Both the position numbers and the translations under genes were made by a program. DNA of 63,945 nt, the filler included, from Pseudomonadota bacterium (GTDB lineage: Bacteria > Desulfobacterota > Desulfobacteria > Desulfobacterales > JBDRRP01), in assembly GCA_043825735.1 (NCBI GenBank). It is 9 parts of 9 records of this genome, joined end to end, with 100 filler letters (N's around TTAATTAATTAA, not from the genome) between each part and the next. Parts side by side here need not be neighbours in the genome. Positions count along the whole stretch, not along the records: positions 35,212 to 49,511 come from JBDRRP010000127.1; positions 49,612 to 54,985 come from JBDRRP010000132.1; positions 55,086 to 57,270 come from JBDRRP010000135.1; 6 more parts are not named here. One strand, 5' to 3'. Below are positions 48,072 through 57,370 of this stretch, in pieces (position 1 is the stretch's first letter; each line of letters starts with the position of its first letter). A model generated the notes under the pieces. That model made no database searches, had not been told where the DNA came from, and saw only the letters and a list, made by a program, of their open reading frames with translations.

Positions 48072-49265
48072 ATGATTGCTGAAATCATCCTTAAAAAAGG
48101 CCGGGAGAAGTCGCTGCACCTGCGCCACCCGTGGCTTTTCTCCGGCGCCATCGCGCAGATAAAGGGCAGCCCTGTCTCCGGTGACACGGTCCGGGTAACC
48201 GACGCCAGCGGCACTTTTCGCGGCGTTGGCGCCTTCTCCGCCCACTCCCAGATCCGTGTACGCATGTGGTCGTTTGACTCGGACACTTCCGTGGACACGG
48301 CGTTTTTCCGCGAACGAATCGCAGCGGCGGTGTTGCGCCGCAAGCGGTTTTCAGAGCAGCGAGCGCATACCGGTTACCGGCTTCTCAACGCGGAGTCCGA
48401 TGGCCTGCCCGGCCTGATCGTGGACCGCTATGGGGATTGGGCGGTGTGCCAGTTTCTCTCCGCCGGTGTCGAACCGTGGAAACCGGCAGTGACCGATGCC
48501 CTCATGGAAATTTTGCCCATCCGCGGCGTCTTCGAGCGATCGGACGCCGATGTGCGCGCGCTCGAAGGCCTCCCCCTGGTAACCGGTGTGCTTGCCGGCC
48601 AGCCGCCGCCGCCCCGGATCGAGATCCAGGAAGGCCCCTGCCGGCTGCTGGTGGATGTGGCCGTTGGGCACAAGACCGGTTTCTACCTGGACCAGCGCGA
48701 TAGCCGCGGCGCCGTCGCCGCGCGGTGCCGGGGAATGATGGTGCTCAATTGCTTCTCCTACACCGGGGCGTTTGCCGTTCATGCGCTGACCGGCGGGGCC
48801 GCCCACGTGGTCAACGTTGATACCTCGGCCGCGCACCTGCAGATGGCGGAAGAAAACTTGCGGATCAACGACATCGCAAACGATACCGCCACTCAGGTTG
48901 CAGACGATGTTTTCCAGCGACTGCGCGGCTTTACTTTGGAAAAGCGACGATTTGATGCCATCATTTTGGATCCGCCCAAATTCGTCGACAACAAACGGCA
49001 CCTTATGAGTGCCAGCCGCGGTTATAAGGACATCAACCGGCTGGCCGCCGGGCTGCTCGCGCCGGGCGGGTTGCTGTTCACCTTCAGTTGTTCCGGGCTC
49101 ATGCCGGCCGATCTTTTTCAAAAAATCGTGGCGGATGCCATGATCGACGCCCGGCGCCCGGCTCAGATACTGGCACGCCTGGGCCAGGCCGAAGATCACC
49201 CCATCGCCACGGCGTTTCCCGAAGGCGCCTATCTCAAAGGGCTGATCTGCCAGATGATGGATTGA
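48072..49265 (+). CDS. rlmI: 23S rRNA m5C1962 methyltransferase RlmI-like
   Basis: RHPWLFSGA PUA domain, GHKTGFYLDQR, NCFSYTG, LDPPKF, TFSCS, PEGAYLKG. Confidence 0.9.
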   Translation: MIAEIILKKGREKSLHLRHPWLFSGAIAQIKGSPVSGDTVRVTDASGTFRGVGAFSAHSQIRVRMWSFDSDTSVDTAFFRERIAAAVLRRKRFSEQRAHTGYRLLNAESDGLPGLIVDRYGDWAVCQFLSAGVEPWKPAVTDALMEILPIRGVFERSDADVRALEGLPLVTGVLAGQPPPPRIEIQEGPCRLLVDVAVGHKTGFYLDQRDSRGAVAARCRGMMVLNCFSYTGAFAVHALTGGAAHVVNVDTSAAHLQMAEENLRINDIANDTATQVADDVFQRLRGFTLEKRRFDAIILDPPKFVDNKRHLMSASRGYKDINRLAAGLLAPGGLLFTFSCSGLMPADLFQKIVADAMIDARRPAQILARLGQAEDHPIATAFPEGAYLKGLICQMMD

Positions 49266-49271
49266 GGACGA

Positions 49272-49511
49272 GAAGGACAGAGGTCAGAGGTCAGAGGACA
49301 GAGGACAGAAAAAACAAAAACAAAAATCAACTGCAGCTGCAAAGAGAATGAACCGCAGATGACGCGGATTACGCAGATGGGCGGCCTTCGGCCGAACGGC
49401 AACAGCGAAAAACATTTTGGCACGGATTTCACGGATTTCGCTGATAATCGGCCTTCGGCCGGAAAGCAACTGCAAAGAGAATGAACCGCAGATAACGTGG
49501 ATGAGCGCTGA
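49272..49511 (+). repeat. 7-mer tandem (AGAGGWC) plus GGCCTTCGGCC-family repeats
   Basis: AGGACAG/AGGTCAG tandem units; the final 104 nt are identical to 35212-35315. Confidence 0.8.
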
Positions 49512-49806
49512 NNNNNNNNNNNNNNNNNNNNNNNNNNNNNNNNNNNNNNNNNNNNTTAATTAATTAANNNNNNNNNNNNNNNNNNNNNNNNNNNNNNNNN
49601 NNNNNNNNNNNAAAAACATCCGTGTGCTCCGTGAACGCCGCAGAGATGTGATTTTTCCCGATTCCAATGGCTCCCGGCTGTAGCTTGAGCTTCCTGGATA
49701 AGTGGTTTTCCTTTTTTCGTCATCCCGGACGAGTGAAACGAGATCCGGGATCCAGTGATTTCAGCACTTCTGGACCCCGGCCGTCCGCCTTCGCCAGGGC
49801 TTCCAC

Positions 49807-51012
49807 CTAATCCATCGATTCCACCCGGGTCCCATCACTAATGGAAGACTCCGGCGCGATAATGACTTTTTCACCGGCGGCCACGCCGGAAATGATTTCG
49901 GCCGTCTGATCGTTCATCAGCCCCACTGTCACCGGTGTCAGGCTTGCCTTGCCCTGATTCACGCGATAGACCTGCCAGCCGCCGTCGATACCCCGAAAAA
50001 GCGCGGTTCGCGGAACGCTGAGCGCATTCTTCTTTTCATCGGTGATCAACCGGACCCGGACCCGGTAGCTCAGCCCCAGGCTCCTTCCCGACTGGTTCAA
50101 TTCCTCCAGTGTGCCTTTGGCGAAAGCGATTTTCACCGCCACCCGCTGCTCCTCAACGCCCAGGGAGGATACCTTTTTGAAGGCCTCCGGTTCCACCAGC
50201 CGGACGCTGCCCTGAACGGGCGCGTGGCCGAGGGCGTCACCGAAAATTTCAACCCGGTCCCCGGGCTGAACACGGGCAGCTTCTTCGGTCAGGATGTCGG
50301 CGGTCACTTCCAGCTTCGAAAGGTCGCCGATATCGAGCAGGGGTTCTCCGGGAGTCATCACCTTTTCATTCCAGACATGTCTTTTGAGCACGGTCCCGTC
50401 GACAGGGCTGCGCACCTGGGTCCTGATCAGCTCACGCGTCACATAGGAGGGCAGCATATGAACGATGGATTGGAAGGCCACGGTAGCGTGAAACATGGCC
50501 TGGCTCGATTCAATCTGCAGATTGGAATCCAGATAGCGACGTTTGGAATCACGCTCCTGGCGCTCGCTGACAGCCGATTTTTTTACCAGCGTCTGGTCTT
50601 TTTCATACTCCCACTGGGCGAACGCCTGCATGTTTTTACTGGCGTTGACCTCGGCCTCGGCGGCTTTGCGCCAATTGTCCATGGCCAGAACGATGTCTTT
50701 CACCTGGAGGGCGGTTTCCTGCAGATCGATATCTTCGAGTCGAACCACGATATCGCCGGTCTTGACTTCCTCCCCTTCCAGCACGGCAATCGGCAGCACG
50801 CGGCCCTGCATGGGCATGGTGATGTGATAAATGTGGGGCAGGCTGGTGCGGGCCCGCTCCTCCACATACGCCGCGATGCTGCCCAGGGTTGCCGTTGCTG
50901 CGCGGATGGGCACCTTTTTGGTCGCTTCGCTGACGATGCCCCCCACGATCGCCAGTGCCACCACGGCAACCGCGACCACCCAACCCCAGCGTATCTGACG
51001 TTTCTTAGCCAT
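49807..51012 (-). CDS. Efflux periplasmic adaptor (HlyD/MFP family)
   Basis: N-terminal TM, lipoyl half-motifs (PMQGRV, VRSPVDGTV), KVSSLGVEEQRV. Confidence 0.9.
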   Translation of the reverse strand: MAKKRQIRWGWVVAVAVVALAIVGGIVSEATKKVPIRAATATLGSIAAYVEERARTSLPHIYHITMPMQGRVLPIAVLEGEEVKTGDIVVRLEDIDLQETALQVKDIVLAMDNWRKAAEAEVNASKNMQAFAQWEYEKDQTLVKKSAVSERQERDSKRRYLDSNLQIESSQAMFHATVAFQSIVHMLPSYVTRELIRTQVRSPVDGTVLKRHVWNEKVMTPGEPLLDIGDLSKLEVTADILTEEAARVQPGDRVEIFGDALGHAPVQGSVRLVEPEAFKKVSSLGVEEQRVAVKIAFAKGTLEELNQSGRSLGLSYRVRVRLITDEKKNALSVPRTALFRGIDGGWQVYRVNQGKASLTPVTVGLMNDQTAEIISGVAAGEKVIIAPESSISDGTRVESMD

Positions 51013-51058
51013 GCACTCTTCTCCATCGTCCGCAGTTCGTTGCCAAATCCGTGATATT

Positions 51059-53437
51059 TTATTCCTTCAAACTCATCGCCGCCACCCAGTTCTGAGCCCT
51101 GAGACTGCGCACCACGACGATCTGCGACAGCAGAACAAAACAGATGGTCAACGCCAGGGTATAGACAAAGCTCATCGGCGCGAGCGCCGCCGGAAAGGCA
51201 TAGGCCTCGGTGGCCATCCCCTTCATCATGACAGTCAACATGACATGGCCCAAAGGCATGCCGACTAGGGTGCCGATCACATTGTTGATCAGGTTCTCCC
51301 GTAAAAACAGCCGGCCGACTTCGTTTTCGTAATACCCCATGGTCCGGAAGGTCGCGGTTTCGCGCTGGCGCTCGGACAGCGCGATGAGGGTGCCGTTAAG
51401 GATCGTGCCGAAAAAAATGACCGCGGCGAAAATGATCATCACCACCGCTGTGCCGCGCATTGCCCCGTCCAACTGCTTCACCAGGGCCCGCTTCTGATCG
51501 CCCAGATCGGAGAGGGCTTCCAGGCCGGGCATGGTTTTGATCCTTTCCATGAACGCCTGCTTGTCTCCAAGCGCATGCAGGGCCTGGATGCGGACCTCGC
51601 TGACGGAGGACTGCTCGTCCACTGTCCGGTTGAGCCAGCGGTAATCGGCGTAGACCGAAAGGCCCATCATGCTGGCCACAGACTTCACCACCGGCATCTT
51701 CCTGGCAATCCGCTCGCCCTTCACGGGCAGGACATCCACGGTGTCGCCGGCCGCGACCCCCAGTTTGGCCATCAGACGATCGGTCATCAGCAGCCCGGCG
51801 GTGGGCACGGCGACAGCCCGCCCCTGTGCGTCCAGCGGGATGGTCAGCCGGCTGCCGCACGCGATTCCCATGATGGCGCCTTTTTTGGTGCGGTTGCCGA
51901 CCTGAAAGGTGCAGGGGACGTTGAAGACCGGTTCGGCGTGGATGACGCCGGGCAGGCGCCGGATTTCGTCCACGCAGGCGCTGTCCATTTCCTTGTTGAA
52001 CGTCAGGTGGTAGTCGCTGCGCAGCGCCGTTTCAAACTGTACGGCAACCATCTTGTCCATGGAGTCCACAAACCCGAAGGCCAGGACAACGATCGAGCCT
52101 CCCAGGGCCGCGGCGAAGACCGATACCAGGGTGCGCCCCTTGTTGCGTAAAATCCCCCGCAGGATCATCTGCCACTGGGCGCCCAGATGCTTCCAGAAAA
52201 GACGCCAGCGTTCGAGAAAGACCGCCCCGCCCGCCGGGGGCGCGGCGGTCCTCATGGCTTCGGCCGGTTCCAGGCGCATGACCCGGCGGACGCCCTTGAG
52301 GGTTCCCAGTATCGCAAAACCAACGGATATCACGATCCCGGCCAGCGACAGACCCGGGTAAAACCGGTTCACCAGCCGTGGAAAGCTGAAGACGTCCTGG
52401 TACATACCGGTCATGACGCCGCCCAGCCAGTATCCCATGAGACAGCCCAGCAAACCGCCGGCCGTGCCGGCCGCGGCGGCGAATTTGAGAAAGTGCCACA
52501 TCAATTCCCGGTTGCCGTACCCAAGGGCCTTGAGCGTACCGATGATGGTCCGCTGCTGCTCGGCCAGACGGGTCATCAATACGTTGAGCACGAGCGCGGC
52601 CACCACCAGGAAAAACGAGGGCAGCGTGACGGCCATACGCCTTAACTGGGTCATCTCGCCATCGAGCACCATGGGAGAAAACTGCTCGGCGCGGGGCGTG
52701 CCGGCGAAAACGCCAAAGGATTCCAGGCGGCGGCTGAGCTCGGCGACCGTGCGGCCGGGGTCCTTGCGGGCTTCGGGGGCCAGCAGTCCGACAACACTGT
52801 TGCAGGCACTGCTGAACCCGAAGCTGTCCTCGGCAAAGCTGCGCTTGATGTACATCAACCCGTAGTTTTCAGGTTGATTCACCATACTCCCGGGGGCAGC
52901 CAGGTAGACAAACTCGGCGCTGATCGCCGTTCCCGTGACAATCAGATTTTTGCGCTGGTTGTTGAGGACCGCCACAAGGGTATCGCCCGGTTCGATCCCG
53001 CGGGCTTTGGCGAACTTCTCCGACACGATGACTTCGTTGGCGCGCCCGTGGGTAAAATAGGTTCCCTTGCGGAGGATGATGTTGTTGATCACCGGTGTAT
53101 ACGCGTCCGGCAGGGAGATCACCATGGCGCCCACCGGTTTTATCGCGTCGGGCAGATCCAGGACCACCTGGAATTGAATGCGCTGGCGGATTTCGGAGAC
53201 GCCGGGGACCATGGCCAGCCGGCTGACTTCCTGCACGGGACCTTTTTTGAGATCGATCCAGAAGTCGGCCAGCCGGCAGGTGGAATAGTAGTCGGTCCTG
53301 GCGATCAGCAGGTTGCGGGAGGCCGACAGCATGCCGATGAAGCAGCCGATGCCCACCGCGATGATGGCGGCGACAGCCAGCAGCATGCCCCAGCTCTTGA
53401 CCAGGTCACGACGCAGTTTGCGGTCCAGGATTCCCAT
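51059..53437 (-). CDS. ABC exporter permease (FtsX/MacB-like, duplicated)
   Basis: Two FtsX-like repeats (IGTLKALGY, ATFRTMGY). Confidence 0.9.
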   Translation of the reverse strand: MGILDRKLRRDLVKSWGMLLAVAAIIAVGIGCFIGMLSASRNLLIARTDYYSTCRLADFWIDLKKGPVQEVSRLAMVPGVSEIRQRIQFQVVLDLPDAIKPVGAMVISLPDAYTPVINNIILRKGTYFTHGRANEVIVSEKFAKARGIEPGDTLVAVLNNQRKNLIVTGTAISAEFVYLAAPGSMVNQPENYGLMYIKRSFAEDSFGFSSACNSVVGLLAPEARKDPGRTVAELSRRLESFGVFAGTPRAEQFSPMVLDGEMTQLRRMAVTLPSFFLVVAALVLNVLMTRLAEQQRTIIGTLKALGYGNRELMWHFLKFAAAAGTAGGLLGCLMGYWLGGVMTGMYQDVFSFPRLVNRFYPGLSLAGIVISVGFAILGTLKGVRRVMRLEPAEAMRTAAPPAGGAVFLERWRLFWKHLGAQWQMILRGILRNKGRTLVSVFAAALGGSIVVLAFGFVDSMDKMVAVQFETALRSDYHLTFNKEMDSACVDEIRRLPGVIHAEPVFNVPCTFQVGNRTKKGAIMGIACGSRLTIPLDAQGRAVAVPTAGLLMTDRLMAKLGVAAGDTVDVLPVKGERIARKMPVVKSVASMMGLSVYADYRWLNRTVDEQSSVSEVRIQALHALGDKQAFMERIKTMPGLEALSDLGDQKRALVKQLDGAMRGTAVVMIIFAAVIFFGTILNGTLIALSERQRETATFRTMGYYENEVGRLFLRENLINNVIGTLVGMPLGHVMLTVMMKGMATEAYAFPAALAPMSFVYTLALTICFVLLSQIVVVRSLRAQNWVAAMSLKE

Positions 53438-54156
53438 TACCAGATCAGTTCCCGGGCGGTTTTTGGATTTTCGGTGACTTTCACCTCGGCTATTCGGCCG
53501 TCCCGGATTATCGCGTTGCGGTCTGCCATATGGGCAATGGCCGGCGCGTGGGTGATCATGACCACGGTGGTGCCGGTCTTCTTATAGATATTCTGGATCA
53601 GCTCCAGAACCATCACCGAGGTCTCGTGATCCAGCGCGCCGGTGGGCTCGTCGCACAGCATCAGTTTGGGCCGTTTGGCCAGGGCGCGGGCGATGGCCAC
53701 CCGCTGCTGCTGACCACCGGAGAGCTGTGACGGGAAATGGTCCATCCGATCACCCAGCCCCACCAGATCGAGGGCTTCGGCCGGATCCATGGGCTCGTCC
53801 GCGATTTCCGTTACCGTAGCCACATTTTCGAGTGCCGACAGGGTCGGCACCAGATTGTAGAACTGGAAGACAAACCCGACATTTTCCCGTCGAAACGCCG
53901 TCAGCTCCTTTTCCGTCAGTCCGGTGATGTCCTGCCCGTCAAAAATGATCGTCCCGCTGGTGGGCTGGTCGATGCCGCCGATCATGTTCATGAGGGTGCT
54001 TTTGCCGGAACCCGATTCGCCCTGGATGATGAGCAGTTCACCGGCGTGAACATCGAGGTCCACGCCCCGGAGCACCTTGACTTCGACCTCGCCTACAATA
54101 AAAGTGCGGTGGATATCCGTGAGACGCATCAGATAGCCGTTATCGCTGATTTTCAT
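53437..54156 (-). CDS. ABC exporter ATP-binding protein (LolD/MacB-like)
   Basis: GESGSGKS, LSGGQQQR, DEPTGALD. Confidence 0.93.
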   Translation of the reverse strand: MKISDNGYLMRLTDIHRTFIVGEVEVKVLRGVDLDVHAGELLIIQGESGSGKSTLMNMIGGIDQPTSGTIIFDGQDITGLTEKELTAFRRENVGFVFQFYNLVPTLSALENVATVTEIADEPMDPAEALDLVGLGDRMDHFPSQLSGGQQQRVAIARALAKRPKLMLCDEPTGALDHETSVMVLELIQNIYKKTGTTVVMITHAPAIAHMADRNAIIRDGRIAEVKVTENPKTARELIW

Positions 54157-54189
54157 GGTCTTCGCTCAAGCCATTTTCAGATGTCAGGG

Positions 54190-54323
54190 TTGATAGCCTC
54201 GTAAAAAGTCCGAATCTCTCGCAAAGCCGCAGCGATCGCAAAGATAACTGATTGATATTAAAAATGTTTTTCTTTGCGTTCTTAGCGCCTTTGCGAGAAA
54301 ATTGCTTTTTTACGGTTTCATCA
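54190..54323. repeat. Palindromic MITE-like repeat (TGAT..CGTAAAAAG termini)
   Basis: Self-complementary arms; homologous to 2543-2640. Confidence 0.75.
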
Positions 54324-54393
54324 GGGTTCAGATCGACAGCGGAAAGGAAAAAAACGGGGTTACTTTAGCATGCGACAAGACGGCAGGACAGGG

Positions 54394-54810
54394 CTATTCT
54401 CCGATTATTTTCACCAGGACCCTTTTTCGCCGGCGGCCGTCGAATTCGCCGTAGAAGATCTGCTCCCAGGTGCCGAAGTCGAGCCGTCCGTCGGTGATGG
54501 CCACCACCACCTCGCGGCCCATGATCTGGCGCTTCATGTGGGCGTCGGCATTGTCTTCGCCCACGTTGTGGCGGTACTGGGAAACCGGCGCATGGGGGGC
54601 GAGTTTTTCCAGCCACACCTCGTAGTCGTGATGCAGCCCCGACTCGTCGTCGTTGATAAAGACCGAGGCGGTGATGTGCATGGCGTTGACGAGCACCAGC
54701 CCTTCGGTGACGCCGCTCTCTCGCACGCACTCGGCCACCTGGGGGGTGATGTTGATAAACGCGCGCCGGGTGGGGACCTCGAACCAGAGTTCCTTGCGGT
54801 AGGTTTTCAT
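54394..54810 (-). CDS. yjbQ: YjbQ family protein (secondary thiamine-phosphate synthase)
   Basis: [23 protein letters not shown]. Confidence 0.9.
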   Translation of the reverse strand: MKTYRKELWFEVPTRRAFINITPQVAECVRESGVTEGLVLVNAMHITASVFINDDESGLHHDYEVWLEKLAPHAPVSQYRHNVGEDNADAHMKRQIMGREVVVAITDGRLDFGTWEQIFYGEFDGRRRKRVLVKIIGE

Positions 54811-54846
54811 CACGGTGGGTCCCTTCAATCAAAAATGAACCTTAAA

Positions 54847-54985
54847 AACTTACATTTCGCATGTTTCAAAAATAGTTTTCCCCAATCAGCGAAAAATATT
54901 ATTTAAATCAGCTATGTAGCTCTAAATTGCCACCAGCGACTATTGAGCATTTTGTACACAACCTCTGGAACTTCAAGAAGCCTAT
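54847..54985 (-). mobile_element. End of a multicopy IS (IS1634-like), copy 2
   Basis: Identical to 29288-29426; lies about 36 nt upstream of the yjbQ start. Confidence 0.65.
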
Positions 54986-55085
54986 NNNNNNNNNNNNNNN
55001 NNNNNNNNNNNNNNNNNNNNNNNNNNNNNTTAATTAATTAANNNNNNNNNNNNNNNNNNNNNNNNNNNNNNNNNNNNNNNNNNNN

Positions 55086-55311
55086 CCAGGCCGAGCAGAT
55101 GCGCGCCTTTGTGGGCGAACTGATGGCGCTGGTCAATGGCGGCGACCACGGCCTAGAAACCCGAGACAATGCGGGCGCCGGATCCGGCGTCATAAAGATC
55201 AGAAAAGCAATGCATCTGCCCCGGAAGCAGGCGGGCAAACGCACGCTCCAGGCCATCGCCCATCAGGACCTGGCCGCCTCACTGGGCTCTGAAGACTTCG
55301 GGGATTTTTAA
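55086..55311 (+). CDS. C-terminus of a methyl-accepting chemotaxis protein (partial)
   Basis: QAEQMRAFVGELMALV...EDFGDF C-terminal tether-like pentapeptide; precedes cheW. Confidence 0.7.
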
Positions 55312-55396
55312 ACCATTATCCGTATGACCAGGCAGGCGGCCATTAGCGCCGCTTGCCTGATGGGTACGGACTTGGAAATGATAAGGAGAAATAACC

Positions 55397-55978
55397 ATGG
55401 ACATCACAACCCAAGATTCTTCACCTGACCCGACCGGTGCCAAAACAGCCTTTGCACCAGTGCCGCCCGAGACGAACGCCGAGCAGATGCAGAACCAGCT
55501 CGATGCCATCGCCGACCGCGAAGGCAAGTACCTGACCTTCACCCTGGCCGGTGAAGAGTACGGCATCGGCATTCTCAAGATCAAGGAGATCATCGGCATG
55601 ATGGCCATCACCTCCGTGCCCCAGACCCCCAAGTTCGTCAAGGGCGTGATCAACCTGCGCGGCAAGGTGATTCCGGTGGTGGACCTGCGCCTGCGCTTTA
55701 GCATGGAGTCCATCGCCTACAGAGAGCGCACCTGTATCATCGTGGTGGAAATCGGCGGCCGCGGCACCGATATCGTCATCGGCATCGTGGTCGATTCGGT
55801 ATCCGAAGTGCTCAACATAAAAGGCGATGACATCGAGGACACCCCCAGCTTCGGCACGGTCCTGAACACCGCTTACATCCTGGGCATGGCCAAGATGGAG
55901 GGCAGGGTCAAAATCCTGCTGGAAATCGACGCGGTGCTGGGCGCCGAGGACCTGGACGCACTGCCCAAGGCAGCGTGA
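55397..55978 (+). CDS. cheW: Chemotaxis coupling protein CheW
   Basis: KYLTFTL, GVINLRGKVIPVVDLR, GIVVDSVSEV. Confidence 0.95.
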   Translation: MDITTQDSSPDPTGAKTAFAPVPPETNAEQMQNQLDAIADREGKYLTFTLAGEEYGIGILKIKEIIGMMAITSVPQTPKFVKGVINLRGKVIPVVDLRLRFSMESIAYRERTCIIVVEIGGRGTDIVIGIVVDSVSEVLNIKGDDIEDTPSFGTVLNTAYILGMAKMEGRVKILLEIDAVLGAEDLDALPKAA

Positions 55979-56043
55979 TAGGCTGTGTTCTGTTCCGTTT
56001 ATAAGAACAATACGAAGATATTTATACAAAGCGAGGTCAAAAA

Positions 56044-57270
56044 ATGAAAAATGTAAAGTTGAGTGTCAAATTGATCGGCAGTTTTGTCATTGTGGCCGTG
56101 ATCACCCTGGCCGTCGGATTTGTCGGCTGGCAAGGTGTCGGGGCCTTGTCACAGCATCTCACGGAGATCGGCGATGTCCGGCTGCCCAGCATTCAAAGCC
56201 TGTTGATTGTTGAAAAAGAGGGCGAATCCATACGCGTGGCCCAGCGCACGCTGCTCAATCCGGACCTGTCACGCGAGGACAACGCCCGGCAATTTAAGAA
56301 CATCGCCAAGGCTCGGGACAGATACCAAGAGGCCTGGAAAATATATGAACCGTTACCGCAAACACCGGAAGAGGCGGTTCTGTGGAAAAAATTCGTGCCG
56401 GCCTGGGACGCCTGGCGGCAGGAGAACAACGCCTTTTTAAAAATCATGGAAGAACTGAACGGTCTGGATGTGGGCAACCCCATGGCCATGAGGGAATTGT
56501 TGGCGGAAATTCGCGGCGATCATTACAAGGTCATGTCCCAGGTCGCTGTGATGGTTTCCGATGGCGTGGTTTTCGAAGGCAGCGAAGACCACACGGCCTG
56601 TAAATTCGGCCGGTGGCAGTCCACCTTTAAAACTGAAAATACCAAGCTTAAAACAGCTATCGCCCAGATTAGCGAACCGCACAAGCACTTTCATCAGCTG
56701 GTGGCCCAAATCAAGACCCGGATCAAGGAAGGCAACCTGGACGAGGCGCAAGCTCTGTTCAAAAACGAGATGGTGCCGACTGCGGATAAGGTTTTCGACG
56801 GACTGCGCATCCTACGCAAAGAGTCCGAGAAAGCCGAAGCCCTGTACGAGAAAGCCGTCCACTATGCCATGGTGACGGCCCGTGAAAAACAGGTGACAGC
56901 GCTCGGTTACCTGCATGAGATCATAAAAATCAACGAAGAGGTGGCTGCGTCAGAAACAAAAGAAGCCGACGCCGTAAGCAAGCGGTCAAAGCTGATTGCC
57001 CTGGCAGGCATGGTGGTGGGCTTTTTTGCCGCCCTGGCATTCGGCATTCTTCTCAGTATCTCCATCAGCCGTAAGCTCAAAATTATCATCGACGGCCTCA
57101 ACGAGGGCGCCGAGCAGGTGGCGTCAGCTTCGAGCCAGGTCTCCACGGCCAGCCAGTCCCTGGCCGAAGGCGCCTCCGAGCAGGCGGCCTCCATCGAGGA
57201 GACCTCCTCCTCCCTGGAAGAGATGTCTTCCATGACGCGCCAGAACGCCGACAACGCCACCCAAGCCGAT
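56044..57270 (+). CDS. Methyl-accepting chemotaxis protein with four-helix sensor and CZB zinc-binding insert (partial)
   Basis: Two TMs, RLPSI, DH..., HTACKFGRW and PHKHFH CZB motif, ASEQAASIEETSSS. Confidence 0.9.
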
Positions 57271-57370
57271 NNNNNNNNNNNNNNNNNNNNNNNNNNNNNN
57301 NNNNNNNNNNNNNNTTAATTAATTAANNNNNNNNNNNNNNNNNNNNNNNNNNNNNNNNNNNNNNNNNNNN

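Noticed and set aside
35212..49511. Circular plasmid inferred from terminal repeats
   Set aside because: Carries only core metabolic genes and no replication functions; the terminal sequence belongs to a multicopy repeat family
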